Under the pieces are notes generated by a model. It had not been told where the DNA came from and ran no database searches. It saw only the letters and a list, made by a program, of their open reading frames with translations. The translations under genes and the position numbers were made by a program. Below are positions 27,601 through 41,989 of a stretch of 64,000 nt of DNA, one piece after another (position 1 is the stretch's first letter; each line of letters opens with the position of its first letter). The DNA is from Trichoplax adhaerens (lineage: Eukaryota > Animalia > Placozoa): positions 965,693-1,029,692 of the forward strand of contig NW_002060953.1 in assembly GCF_000150275.1 (NCBI RefSeq), in the 5' to 3' direction.

Positions 27601-30600
27601 TATACTACATCAATCGGTACAATTTATAACTAAAATAATAGTATCCCATACCCAATATAAATTTCTTTCTATGCTTATACTTTATAGATTTCGAATTTTA
27701 GCATTAGGACCAAATCTATTACGATAATTTTGGAAGCTTTCTTAAGAAGCTCCAAAATTGTCTTTAACTTAAATTCTATTGAAATAACACGAAACTCTCT
27801 TTACATTTTCCAATAATTTCTCGTAAATTCTTTTCTCCGACTAAGATTAATCTTAATTGAATATTTGTTTCTTGATCATGGTTTGCTATTCAATCTTCTT
27901 TTTTAAATTATAGCCTTCAATATTCAAACGAGTATCCAGTTAAAATCGAATATTTACTCAATTACTTGAGGATTAGTTGATAGGTTATCGGCAGCAAATT
28001 GATATTTCATCTTATAGTTTAACTGCTTCAGCGAGAATTAAAATGACGCTTCTTCTCTTCCAGTAATAAGTTATACGGTATATCTGATCTTACAAAAAAT
28101 TAATCTCTCAGTAATTCTATATATTCTCATCTATCTCATATGTTCTTAGTTTATATCTCTTATTCATAGAAATACGATTATCTTTCGGCTATTTAATTCG
28201 TGTTCACAACACTATATCTTAGATTACAAATTTGGATTAACTGTAAACGGTAGCAAGAAGTTAGTGCTTTTCAATAAGTTAGCAATCATTTAATCCTTCA
28301 AGATTCGATGAATAGTACCACGAACGGATCCCAAAAGGCTGCTTTATAGCCTTTATAAATTAAAATAAAGGATCTATAACATTTGCCTTTCAATTATTAA
28401 CACCGTTAGTATATAGTAAGTAGAAATGATATTTAATATGGCAAGAGATTTATTTCTTTAATTTTAACCCAACTATCTAATACTTTACTCTATAATCTTA
28501 AACAAGTTTGGAGACTAATAACTGCAGCAATTAAACCAATACTTATTAGGTCGAACTGCTTTACTTAATGCTCCAAGAATGGATTTCATGATTGGATAGA
28601 CAGAAGACTATATCGTATAATTTATATATTGATAGAGTATATGGGCATTAATGATATTAGTGGAGATAATAGTCTACTATGTACTGACAGAATATTTAAA
28701 GCGAACATTGCAAAATTTGAAGCCCATTTTCAATTAAAGTGTATATGTTATATATTAAACATATATGAAGGACTTTAATTTGTAAAAGACAATATTTAAA
28801 GTAAATAGTATGTTCTATAAACTTTGACAGAACCTCAGTGCTAACGGAATATCATTAACATACTTCACGAACATTTTTTAGCCTCTTCCAATAGCATCAT
28901 CAGGATTTAAGTTTAGATAGGTGGTTATTTTAATACTGACTAATACCGGTATGAAGTTAATTTACAGTAAAAGGCCACACTGAAATGCTTTGAATTATTC
29001 TACTAGTATTCCCATCTAGTCCAGCACCAGAGCTGAAAGTTCTCTGGTCTGCAAGTCTGTTTTCAAATAAAATTTTAACTAAATACAGTCTAATGAATCG
29101 TTATGAAATATTAAATTCACAACTTTGAAATTGGGGATTAATATTATCCTTTATTTACCCACTTATTCCATTTAATCAGATAGTTGACAGTTTCTAAGAA
29201 TGAAATCTTCATACTGACAAATAAAAACAGGATTATATAGCTTTCAATTAAGTATTCAACGAATATAACGTCAAGTCTAAAGCTTTCTTGTTTCGAATCA
29301 TATTTTTTAAGACTCAGAAATCTATACTTTATATTTCAAGACAAGTATTATAACATGGCGCAGGATTTACGACTGAATTTAGTTTCATACCGAATTACAA
29401 TCAACAGCAAATTCATTTCAAATCTGAAGTTTATCATTCAGTAGATAAGGATTTTTCTTTGACACATCATCAAATAGTTGCCTTGTTTACTCGTATAGTC
29501 TTATTTTTCCTGAAGATAGTTATTGCATTATGACACTCTGACGGCTTCCCTTTTCCAACTATTTTACCGGTATAAATGTAATTCATTGACTACAACTCGC
29601 TAATGTTAATATTATATCCAATATAATGAGTTGATTTTCCATTTTAGCGCTATAAATAGAGTCAGTATAAAAATATCTACGAAAACAGGTTAGAAGAATG
29701 AAAATTTTATCGTTGCTATCAATAACTCTCGCCGAATTTTACCCTTAGTTAAAACAACATTAATGACGTCCATGACTTACAAAATAGAAAATTCTGTAAC
29801 TCAATCAATTCTTTCTTTAGACTAAACTATTATTAAAGGATTACATACTACGAAAATATAAATTCTTGGCAACAATGTGCCATAGATTGAGGTACAATTA
29901 AGGCTCTATGCTACAAAGGAAAGCTAATTTGAGAAGTTTAAAGATTATTTTTAGAATCGATCTACTGATCATATAGAGAAAATGAGACAGTTTTTATTAA
30001 AAAAAAAATAGTTATATCCATCTATCTTCTATTTTACTACTGCACAACTCGTAGTCATTAATTAATTAAAAGTAGATCTATTGCTAACTAGACTGGATAG
30101 GAAGTGGATTCTAAATAAACTATTTATTATATATGGTATTTTGATGATTAAATAATGAGACAAGCGATAATTCTGCAAACTGATGATAAAATAATGGGTT
30201 TACAGTTGCTTTAATTGTAATAGTAAAAGTAAATAGATGGAGAATCCTGTTCAGTATTATTCATTGAACTTGAAGATTCTGAAATTGAAACTAGTTTATT
30301 ATTAAAGTAAAGGAATAAAAATTTAATCCTACTTGAACCTATCCAAGTATCTATCCCATGACTTGCTATGGCTACTGGTTAAAAATAACTAGCCAAGAAT
30401 CACAGCCCTTCATTGATAGTTGATTACAGATTTTAGGGCAAAATTTATAATTCACAGCTAAGCCGAATGTTGAATTAAGAGAATAATGAGCTCCTTAATC
30501 ATTGTATACTATTGTCTTGTTGGCTGTAAACGTAAACTAAAAATTCATCACTTTATTTATTCTCAAACTTACTCTCACTGGTGCATCGCCGAAACTTGGA

Positions 30601-31986
30601 ATAATTACTAATAGATTTGTCAACTGTCGTAAAATTATTGCCATGTAATTATAAATTAAATTAAAATTGCATTAGGTATAAAATTGAGAACTTCTTACCA
30701 ACTAAAAAGCAGTGCAGAAGTCGATAATAGCTTCCATGGATATCAGATCTGGGATTTTCAGTGTCCTGTAGATGTCATTCCTTTCATCATCGGTTGTATA
30801 ATTTAGAAATTATCATTGAGTCACTATAAACTACCGTAATTTTACTATCAGTTTATTGCCAATAGTTTCTTTTTTCATGGCTTCTACTTTATTACAGTGG
30901 CATAATTATATGGCAGCCCTATTTTAGCATTACTTAATCTTTAATTTACAGAATTAGTCAGGTAAATAAAGATTTTAATAATACGATATGATCGAAAGGG
31001 CTGATTCAATAACTCTGAAGAAGAACAAATAAAGCAACATTTTTCTTTAATGAAGACGTATCTTTTACATAATATTATAAAGCTTCTCAAACTGATTTCC
31101 ACGAAGTCTGCAAGTGTTTAATATCAGAAGCAATTTAAAACAAAGACTTGCTCAATAACGTTACTCATTACTGATTAATTTATATTTAAAAAAGTAGAGA
31201 TCAATTAAGTGATGTACTACATTTACTCAATCTTAATTTCGATCTCTATGCGTAAACTTATTTATATTAATCCAGTAAGATATTAGATTCTTCATCGACA
31301 TCATAGAATTGATTGATTAATTAATTTCTATTATCGTATGCTACCTTTGACAAGAATCTTTATTCTGCATTAACGTCAATCTTAATTAATAAGCCCTCAG
31401 TGTCTACGTATAGATAGTCATTTCTAGTGGATTATTGTGCTACAGTTTATTCTATAGGTAGTAAAGTGACAAAATTTATTTATCATTTAGAAAAGATACG
31501 TAGAATATAGCAGTGTTATAACCAGAAACAAGCACTTGTAGATGATAACCTTCTACATATTTTCTTTTCTAAACCTAATCTACCGTACTTTTTATAGTCT
31601 TCAGTATTTTAGTGACTCCTATCGAATACATGACGAAAATATTATTCTTGATACTTGTAAAGCTAGACTAATATCAAGTGAGAATTTAAACTACATCACT
31701 TGGCATTGCAAAAATAGAGAAACAGAATGCAAAATTAAATTTATGCTTAGAATATTCGTACTCGTGAAATCTTAAAAATGTTGACAATTGAGAGCTAATG
31801 TTCGCTTCCTGTACAGTGTACCCGCTTATAGACAATAATGTCTGCTACTGCTATTTTAACACAACGATTGCGTGATAATCCTGTTTTATCTTTTTTATTC
31901 TCTTTAGATTCTATCAGTAGATATATTTAAAGCAGGGTCAGACTAATTTTTGGACTTCATCAGCAAGATACACAAGACTCTTCATC

Positions 31987-34900
31987 ATGGGTGATCAGCA
32001 AAGCAAAGGGTAAATATAACGTTAAAGATGATCTCATTTCTACCAATTTAACCATTCATTATTTTCCGTGAACATTCTTCTTCATATTTCAATTTAGACT
32101 GATTTAATTCGATAAATTAATTGCATGCCCCTTTCTGCTAGCGACAATAGTTTCTTCCATAATGACGTTATTAGAGATTCCCTGCCGAGCCACAGAAACA
32201 TAGATAGTTCAGTAGAATAACTGTTACTATAGTGACCATAATGCATATAGACGACCCTTTTAGTGCTTTATAAACTTTTATTACTCTATACCAATCGTTG
32301 CAGTATTTAAAATTTGTTCTAAAATTTACCTAATCGCCAAGCTCTGATTAAACACCTTTCAACGTTTAGTCTCTTTATCTAGATAAAAATTATATTTATT
32401 TACTCGTAAATGAAATTCAGCTAGGGTTAGTTAGTTTTAAGTGGCCCAGATTATAGGCGCCATGAGTTCAATCGTTTTAAGATATGATTTTCGTTGAATT
32501 AGTCCAATTCTCTAATTAGAGCTGAAACCCTGCCAATTCAAAACGTTTATATCGAATCAATTCGACGTTTTAACGTTTAAAATACCGTACTCAGTGTTTT
32601 GTTAAATTAGCCCAATTCTCAAGTTTGGCCAAAAGTCTTTCATATCTCTATGTCTGCTTAGCCATTATGTTGATGGGGAATAAAGTTCTTCAATTCCGGT
32701 TGATATAATCTATTTTATTGAAGCATAGATAGTGCTAAAAACATTCTCAGCAACTATAGAAGCCGTAAATGGATATACTGTATGCTAGTCTATCATCGTA
32801 AATAGAATAAAAGTTAAGGTATCTATTTTGCCCTGAATAACGAGAATGTTGCCAAGCATTCTATTTTAATATTATGAAAGCGTAAATTGTTACTATGGCA
32901 TTGTAACCTAGACTTAACAGAAAAGTTTCCTAAACTTCTTTCCTCATAGTGGATAGTTAAGACTGCTATATGGACTTAGCTAAAATTATTCAATTTTACA
33001 TGCATGTATGCACAGCTCTAGCTGTAACACTGTCTGCCTTTGCTCTTCCTTCTTAATAAATTCTGAATTACGATAATCTATAACCAAAGTGATATTACCC
33101 AATTGCAGCAATTTTGTTTGAGAGGCCATGATATTGCAGATACATCTCCTTTGAATGCTAAAACTAAAGTAATTTATCGATATTTTACATAGCCGGCGAT
33201 CAGATCAATCCAATGGGTTAAGTAAATCGACTACCAATGAATCCAATGGCTCGGCAACATTGAGTCAGCCAATTAACGGGAGCCTTGATGGATCATTGCA
33301 TCGTGGTGAAACGCTAAAAGCTAGAAAAATTGCAGAGCAATCTTACGGTGCTGCAAAATTTACTGAGTAAGTATTAGTAAAGTGCTTAAGTACAGGTTAA
33401 AATCTTATCAAATACCAATATAGCCATCAGTAGCTTAATTAGTAGCTTAATTGTATAAACAAATTAACATCAAAAGATGCTAAAGCTAAGATCTTAGCTT
33501 ACCATCAGATAGCAGAGTAATTATATATACATTATGCATTATTGGCTTGGCTTACACCTTATTGGTAGCAACAGTCTCCGAAAGAGTTGTATCATATATT
33601 ATACTACAGAAATAGGCTGGATATTATAACGTTTTACAACAATATCTGTCCTTTGCATTAATATCCTCTATTTACCATTTTAAATCGAACTAGCAATAAC
33701 TCGAATCCGATTGACTTTAATAAACAAGCTAAAATGTTAAAGGATGCGATTCGCGGTGGCCAAAAGAAAAAGGTAAATTTAATTAGAAAGATATTCTAGG
33801 AGATTATATATTTTCAATATTTTAAAATTCGACTTTAGTTAGAATTGCATAAGAAAGTCATTATAGAGTTTTAAAATTATCCATAGTATTATGCCATGAA
33901 TTCTATTGATTAATGAAGATAATTTTTTCTACATTTTATTCACGATTAGCTGAATCCTGTGTCAGGAAATCCGATCGAAATTAATTTTACTTTAGTTGTA
34001 AGTAACTTAGCGCTAATATTATCAATAAGAGGAATTGAACAGCCATAAGATCGCTAAGATTAGACTTTTATTGCAAGCAAAATTCATGTCTAAAATGGAC
34101 CGGTAGCAACTAATTTAAATTTATAATCTTCTCTCCACAAAATTTTAGCATCTAACCACAGCTAAAATTGATCCAAAAACATATACTTTGAGCGCTTCCG
34201 TTATTATTGACGATTTAAAGGTAACGAAATACTTTCTATATTATCGAATTTATTTCTTCTCTTAACATAAGAATTCCTATTCGAGATATTATTCGCTAAA
34301 TAAGCCACCTAAGTATTTTATCAACCTGATTTTTACATTGTGTAATGATATAAAAAATATATTAACTAGAAAAGATGATATCCACTATCAGAAATGTTGT
34401 ATTTAGATATTTTAACTTGTAGACTTACCAGATAGAAGTTTTAGCTAACGTGGCTTATTTCAATCATTCTTCATCAAATAGGGCATGAAAGAATCAGGAG
34501 ACTTATACTTTGCCACAATCTTGATGAAATTAGATGCAGCTGGAATCAGCGTCATTGAAATCAATACTCAAGTAAGAAAATTGCTTTTTAAATTTAAAAG
34601 AATTGAGAAATTTCAAACTCTTTTCGCGGATTATTTACGAATCGTAGCATTCAAACTAATTTGAATATTTCTAATATATAAAATATTAGAGTCTTGTGGA
34701 ACAATTGCCATTTACGGCCGTTGAACGATGTGAATTTATGGAAAATGTACCGGAATTTGATCAACTTTTATTATTATTTACCAACAATAATGATGGTACT
34801 CATAATTTTCATATCTTCCGAACACTCGATGCTAAAGTAAGTCTACCAATTCAGTTTTAATTACAAAAAATGAGTTACTGCTTATAGCCCATACAGTTTA

Positions 34901-37900
34901 TAGCTGCGCATTCTTATACCTTCGAATTATGAAGAGTAACTGTCTTCTAATTTTGTAGGCATCAACAGTATGCAACGAAATTAAAGGATTTCCCACTAAA
35001 ATAGCCAAGGAAGAGGTAAGATGCAATGCATAGTGCTTAAAGCCCTGCCTAAAGGCGTAAATAATTGAATACTCATATTCTGCTTTTTTTTTCTACACAG
35101 AAATTAAATGGTAGACGGCTTAGCAATGGTAGTGTTAAGTCAGATCAATCTAATCACTCCAGTCAATCAAATCAGCAAGATCGTAGTTTGCACCCTTCAT
35201 CAAGCAATGGGTAAATATTTCGATATTAAAATTAGCGAAAGAATTTTACTATTGATATTTGTACTATGTAGAAATAAATCTATTTGGGATACTCTTGATC
35301 TAGCAGTGTATCCAATGGTCTACCCATCATTCCACCACCACCTCCAGAATCTGCATTACCTCAACCTCCATCCAATGGTCGAGTAAACGGTTCAGTGCCA
35401 GTTCTTAGGATAACTAACAAGAACGAATCTGAAAATAAACGAATATCAAGCAGGTAGATATCTGGCATAGTATTCTATTTAAGTCCAACAAATGCTTAGC
35501 TTATACAAGCCTAAAAAGTGTGTGATAAGTTTAGTAGAAACTTAGTGGTTTATCAGGGTAAGCTATGGACTTTGCTTAACAACTTCTAATTATCACAGTC
35601 AGTGATTTTAACGTTAAAAGTACTGAAATCTGAAATTTGTATTTGAATTTATTTTACTTATAACACTCAAAGAGCCTCTGTAAGTTATTCAACGTAGAAA
35701 TTCGGATTTTATGTTCTGCAGAGTAGAAGTGTTACTTTGTGTTGCAAGACGATCATTGATAGCGAATAAATAAAGTGAAAGGAAAATGAAATTTAAGATC
35801 TAAATAGTGCACTAGGAATTCAATATTACCATTAAAATCAGTAAAATAACTAGGTTACTCACCACTGAAATAGGACTATAAATTAAAGAGCGTTTTACTC
35901 CATTTGAACTAATTATAATAATTATTTATTAATCATTATATTAGCTCCGATGATCAATCGGATTCAAAGGCTGCCGTTAGTCCAAGAGGTGGATTGCAAC
36001 TTGGTAATGAAGCTGTTAATGCCAGAGTAGAAAATAATATTGTAAGTGCACCTACCTATATTAATCCAATCATATCAAGAATCAAAGTACTAAGTCTGGA
36101 ATATCTCATTTTCCATGATACTCAGAAAATTTTGAATCATTGCATTGACGACGTCGAAAGTTTCGTCAAGAAGTTATCCAGCATTCATCAAGCAAGAAGT
36201 GATGTCTTAGATCGCAGATCCAAGAAGAAGACTAAAAAGGATAAAATTAAAGGTAATACAAAATAGAATATTCTTGAATAATTTGGTTACACTATCAATG
36301 CTTAAGATTGAATATTTTTAAATTAGATGCTGATAAACTTAGCGAAAATGTCTATCCAGACGATGAAAAATTTAAAGACTGCTTCCAAAAGATGAAGATG
36401 GGCTTAAATTATGCAGTAAGTCTATCTAGGGAAATACCACTAATGCCTTTTGAAAATGTTTCATCACCCTTATGCTATGACGTAAAATGATCGCTAGAAT
36501 CAGAAAATTTAATATTATGGTAATTGTATAAACTAACCTTTGGATCTTCATTAGGTATTGTTAAAAAGAAATTTACAGAAACCAACACCCATTGAAATTA
36601 TCCAATATTTAGTGGATTTATTACTTTACATTTTGAAAGTGCCCAAAGCGTAAGTGGAATTGATATTCTATTGCTAACACACTGTACGCTTTTAGATTTA
36701 AAGTTAAATTGCAAATTAGTAGTTGTAGCTTACATCTTCTTGCGATTGCTCGAATAGACTTGATATTGCTGCCAATGTTGTCTCTCCACTCTTCACCGTA
36801 CAAACTTTGCAAACAGTTAAAGCTAGTATTACTCCAAAGCAAGAGCAAGCCATTCAAAGTTTAGGATCAGCTTGGAATTTATCAAGGTATGAGCTCATAT
36901 CATGAAAGATACGGAATAGTCGTTATATCTATTCCAAATTTTTGTTTAGCTCACTCTTAACATTTCAGTAGAATCCTGACTTGTCATCTTTGATTATTTT
37001 AGAGATCAATATCCCGATGCTAACTTAGTACCCGTATACTATCCCGTCTTTAGTGACGGTTGGGTGCCTAAAGATGTTAAAAATCCTCATTGGGCTAAAT
37101 TATCCAAAGATATTAAGCGTTTGGTTAATATCGCTGCTAAAACCCCTAAACCTCAACAAACGGTAAGTGAATAATACTATTATTTCATCGTTATGATCCG
37201 ATTAATGTAAAATAAGATTGGCATATAAATGGTTATTCTGTTACCATAGGCATCATCAGCTTCTCCTACACCAGTAAATACCAATAATATTGCTGCTGCT
37301 GCTGCTGCTGCTGCAGGCGCCACTGCAGTAGCTACAGCAGCTACTACCAATAATAATAGAACAGAATCAGTTACATCAAAAGTTCCTGGTGGAGTTCCAT
37401 TAGCAATTGAAATAGCTGGCAGGTATATCCAGATCTTAAATTTTAACTTCAACATTTAATATAATAATAAATAATTACTTATCTATCATATCGGTTAATA
37501 ATCTAGAACAAACAGTGCAGCTCAAATAAAAGGAGCAAGTCAAATTGCCACTGTCAAGGCTGATTACAACCCGACTACACCAGGATTTTTAGCTGTTAAA
37601 ACTGGTGAAAAGTGTGAGGTAAGGCCAAAGCTATTTACCACCTTAAATTCATAGATGTTTTATTTACCTGATTACCGATACTAATGCAATAATTACAGGT
37701 AATAGAGAAAACTAAAGATGGATGGTTGGTCCATAATATCAACTCTGGCAAGCAAGGACTTGTGCCATCTAAGAATTTGGAGGTAGCCGCAGATACTGTC
37801 TTGTTGGATGGAGGCGGTGGACTGCCCGTGAATGCACCACCACCTCCAAATATTCCACCACCACCTGTTCCAGCAACAAATAGCAAGAAAGATAATACCA

Positions 37901-40271
37901 ATGATCCTATTTTATTTACTGCTCCGCCACCACCACCGATATCACCGCCTGCAGCACCACTAACAGCACAATCGCCAGCACCTCCACCTGCGCCAGCAGC
38001 TCCACTAGCACCACCAGCGCCATCTGCAGCTATAAATGGAGCTCTACCACCACCGCCACCACCGCCACCACCTGCTCCAGTTTTCAGCAAAACGGATAGC
38101 AAACTAGGTTAATTATTTACTAGATACTCTTACAGTATAAAAAAAATGAATTAAGTTCATTGATTCGATGTACATTTAATTATAGGATATGAAAATAAGT
38201 GATATGAATCTAAAATTATGAGTTTTCGAAATAACATGCAAAATATAGCCTTGGTAAATGCAGCGATATTAATATAAATTTACTGACTTTGATATAATAT
38301 GCAAATTATAGCGCTTGTAAACGCATTGAAAAACCCACAATTAAAGAAAACAACTACGGTGAAATATAAAGGTAAGTAAAGACTTATTTTTGAGGATATA
38401 TTTTCACCTAGAACATAGATCAAAATTAGATACTAATAATCATATACTGTTTATCGCTATATAGAGAATAATCTAATAATCAAATTTTATATCTATAGTT
38501 TCTTTAAAATTGAAATTAGTATTATTAATTTCTATTAATTTCTTATTCATTAACACAAATAGCTTCTGACAGCGATCTATTGCAAGATGAATTAAAAGCA
38601 CGAATGAAAATGCGCCGTATCCAGTCGAGGAACCGAAACGAAGGTAAATAGGAGCGCTCATTTCTAGCCGATATTTTCCTTACAGCCCTACCATATGATC
38701 TGTTTTATCGTTTAATGACTAAAATCAATTGATTTATACTTGCATTCGTTTAGTTGGATCTATAAATCCAAACTCAAGTAAAGAGGAAATTAGGCAATAC
38801 CTGACTGAAAGAAATTTCTCCGCAAAAACTACTGATTTATTGGGCGATTATGGAGGATTCGAATTACTCTCTTTGACGAAAGAAGAACTAGCCCAAATTG
38901 CCCCTGGCGAAGAAAATCGTCTTCATAGCTTACTAACAACACAACGTTCACAACTACCGGTAACATTAAAATTTCTCAATTTATATCATAATTACTACGG
39001 TTTGCATCAAATTTAAGACTAAAAATGGTGTTACTTATTAGGATGAGCAGCAAAAAAGCCTCCAAGATGCCGCTGGAGATAAACTAGAAAGTGATCCGCT
39101 TGCTGTTCAATCTTCTGAGAAAATAACCACCACTCCAACTCCTACATCTAATAAAGCTGAACCAGAATGGAAGCGAATGATAATGGAAAGGAAAAAGAAA
39201 CGTATGCAACAAGCTGGCATTGATGGTGAAAATGTACCTCCTAATAAATCGCCTAAAGATATTAAAATTAACGGTTCTAAGGAAAATACAAATAGTACTC
39301 CAGTAACTAACAATAATGTAAATATAGTTTCACAATCACTGCCAACATCCAATAGTGATACTGTGGATTCAGCCAAGATATTAAATTCAACACCATCAAC
39401 TGAAAATTCGTCATCACAGGCGGAAGCACAACTACGGCAGTTGCAACAACCACAACAGCTACAACAACTACAACAGCAGCAACTACAACAACAATTAGGA
39501 CTACAAGGTCAAAACTTGCAATTGCAGCCTAATTTAATACAACAGCAAGGATTGCAGCAACAATCATTAGGATTACAGCAATCTTTGAATTTGCAACAAC
39601 CACAACAACTAGGACTGCAGCAGCAGTTGGCGTTACAGCAGAATCTTCAACAAAACCAATCTTTAGCACTATTGCAGCAACAGTTATTACAACAAAATCA
39701 GCTGCAACAACTCCAGGGTAATCAACTTCTTACCGACAATGCTCAATTACAAAGTATCTTGTCCTCCTTAACGCCACAACAACTCCAGCAAGCTATTGCT
39801 CTAGGTTTAATCACACCATCGGTAGTAAACCAGCAACAAGTAAACAATACGGGTTTATTAGCTCAAGGAACGTTAGGTAATCAATTAAACCTGACTTCGG
39901 ATGCCTTGGCGGCGAATAATATATTGCAATTACAGCAAGCAAACGCAAATAATCAAGCTCTACGACAATTGGCAGCTGCCAATACTCAAAGAAATCTTGG
40001 ATTAACCGGTACTCGATCACCTGGTGATCCATTTACAGCTTTACTAGCTGCACAACAGTTGAGTACAGTTCAACGAAATCGACGATTAGCTGGTTTAAAT
40101 ACAGGTGTAGGATTGGCTAATCCTAGCCTAAATGTAAGCAATCTTAGCACAGGTTCTATAGGCAGAAGTAATGGTAATATTGGAGGTGTCAACCAGCTGC
40201 TTCAAAATCAAGTACCTAATCAAGCTACTCTTCGACTTGGTTTGCAACAAAATCAAGGGCTTCAATTTTAA
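31987..40271 (+). CDS. EPS8: EPS8-family protein (PTB - EPS8 core - SH3 - polyPro - WH2 - H1/SAM effector - Q-rich tail)
   Basis: First exon 31987..32009 (MGDQQSKG), then 33193.. . PTB-like exons at ~33950-35015. EPS8 signatures KILNHCIDDVESFVKKL, FKDCFQKMK, VVSPLFT, LGSAWNLSR..PVYYPVFSDGWVP. SH3 ATVKADY..GWLVHNINSGKQGLVPSKNL. H1 LLQDELKARM (38563..38643). SAM/PNT-like exon 38754..38959. Last exon 39042..40271. Confidence 0.88.
37292..37315 (+). repeat. coding (GCT)n microsatellite, poly-Ala in EPS8
   Basis: GCTGCTGCTGCTGCTGCTGCTGCA inside an EPS8 exon. Confidence 0.85.
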
Positions 40272-41989
40272 TTCTTAAATAAATGAATAGTAAAAGCTAG
40301 TAAACAATAACTTTGTTACATTACTTTGGTTAAGAATCTAAGATTTCAAATGTAATCCTATCCTAATTGTATCTTAATCCAAAAGTTGTATATGTAATCA
40401 TTTTTTATAGCTCAACAATAGTACCAGCTATTTATGGTGATAAATGGGTTCAGTTTTTTCATACAATTCAGAAAATGTACACATTGTACAGGGAAATCAT
40501 GTATAGTCCTGTACAGTACTGTATAGTAAGAATACTTGATGATTTAACTGTCGCTTTGGTATCCATTTTAGAAGTTGCATCTTGACCAGCAAAATTTTTT
40601 CGTTTATAAGATTATGTCTGGATATAGTGATATTGACATCTCGGCTATTCTATCAGTCATTTGAATTAATACAGTCGATACTGTAACTTCAACTTACTTA
40701 TAAATTGTTAAATTACTTTATATAATATAAAGTGGATAATAAGATTGAAGGGGAATATTATCAGTTGCTAACTGCGTTAAATTTTTAATACTCTTGAATT
40801 TCATAATACTTTTAGTATTTGTATCAGTTTATACTATTGCATACTGTTTCTTTACTGTTTTGTTTTATCAATTGTAAAAGCTGCAAAATGAATATATATA
40901 TATATATATCTCTATTTTAGAACCATATTTTCTTCGTTTACTGTATAAGCTCTATTTTTGATAATTATTATTCAATTTCTATCTAATTAACAATTAAGTA
41001 AGTATGTCGTTGAAAATTGCGAACAATGCCGTCTGTACTCGTACTTGAAGTATTTCATGCTTAGATGGTTGATTTTTTTTCTTTTCTTTCTACTATCGAT
41101 GCTCACTTTGAATATGAAGGTAATAATTTGTACGTGGAAATAAGGATTATTATTTGTAACATTACGTATGGAGCGACTGATTATAATTCTTTTAATTATG
41201 TGATAATTTGATTACTTCGTTTAATTGAATAAAGTATGCTACTAGATGTAAAAATGTTTCATTATGATATGGGTATTTCTAGTTGGCATATACTTTGTAA
41301 GCTGTGTGAATAAGGCATACGAATATACGAATATATGCGCAGACCGCTTCGATGCAACACATCTACATTATGTTGAAATGAGGGGAATGTTGATGATCAA
41401 GGCAGCACAATACAAATTTGTATAGTCTATCGTGAAAATTAGCTAATACATAGATAAGTTGCTTTATAGATGTAGATTAACTTTAACATTTTGCTAGGAA
41501 ATTATGCTATAATAATAGGTGCTGAATGATATAGCAATAGCGAGAATATACTATAGTGTCCTATCTCTATATTCGTACCGCTCATTTATTAGAACAGCCT
41601 CTTTGGCTATCTATTAATGAAGAGCCCATACTGCACTGCATCAATTGATGCAAAATATTATAGGCATTGATTATATTATTGACAATAAAGTTAGATTTGA
41701 TCATCTCATGTTAGGCCAGGCTAAACAACAAATCAGTAAGCGATAACCTAGCATCGATTATGTAATTATAATACGTATACCATTACCAGTCGATCATTTT
41801 TGAAACAAAAATGGACGTATCTACCTAAGCAGCAATCCGTTTCCATTAAGTTTTATAGTAGAGGTTTATATCTTCAATTTATAGTCATGCCTTTCAATTT
41901 CTGAGATGTGCTTGCTGAAGAAGATTGGAAGACGTGCCGGCTACGTCTTAAACTGTAAGCTCGTATCCAAGACAACCAAGACTATGCAG

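Noticed and set aside
37180-38102. Gly/Ala-rich minus-strand ORFs
   Set aside because: Antisense shadows of the EPS8 poly-Ala and poly-Pro exons.
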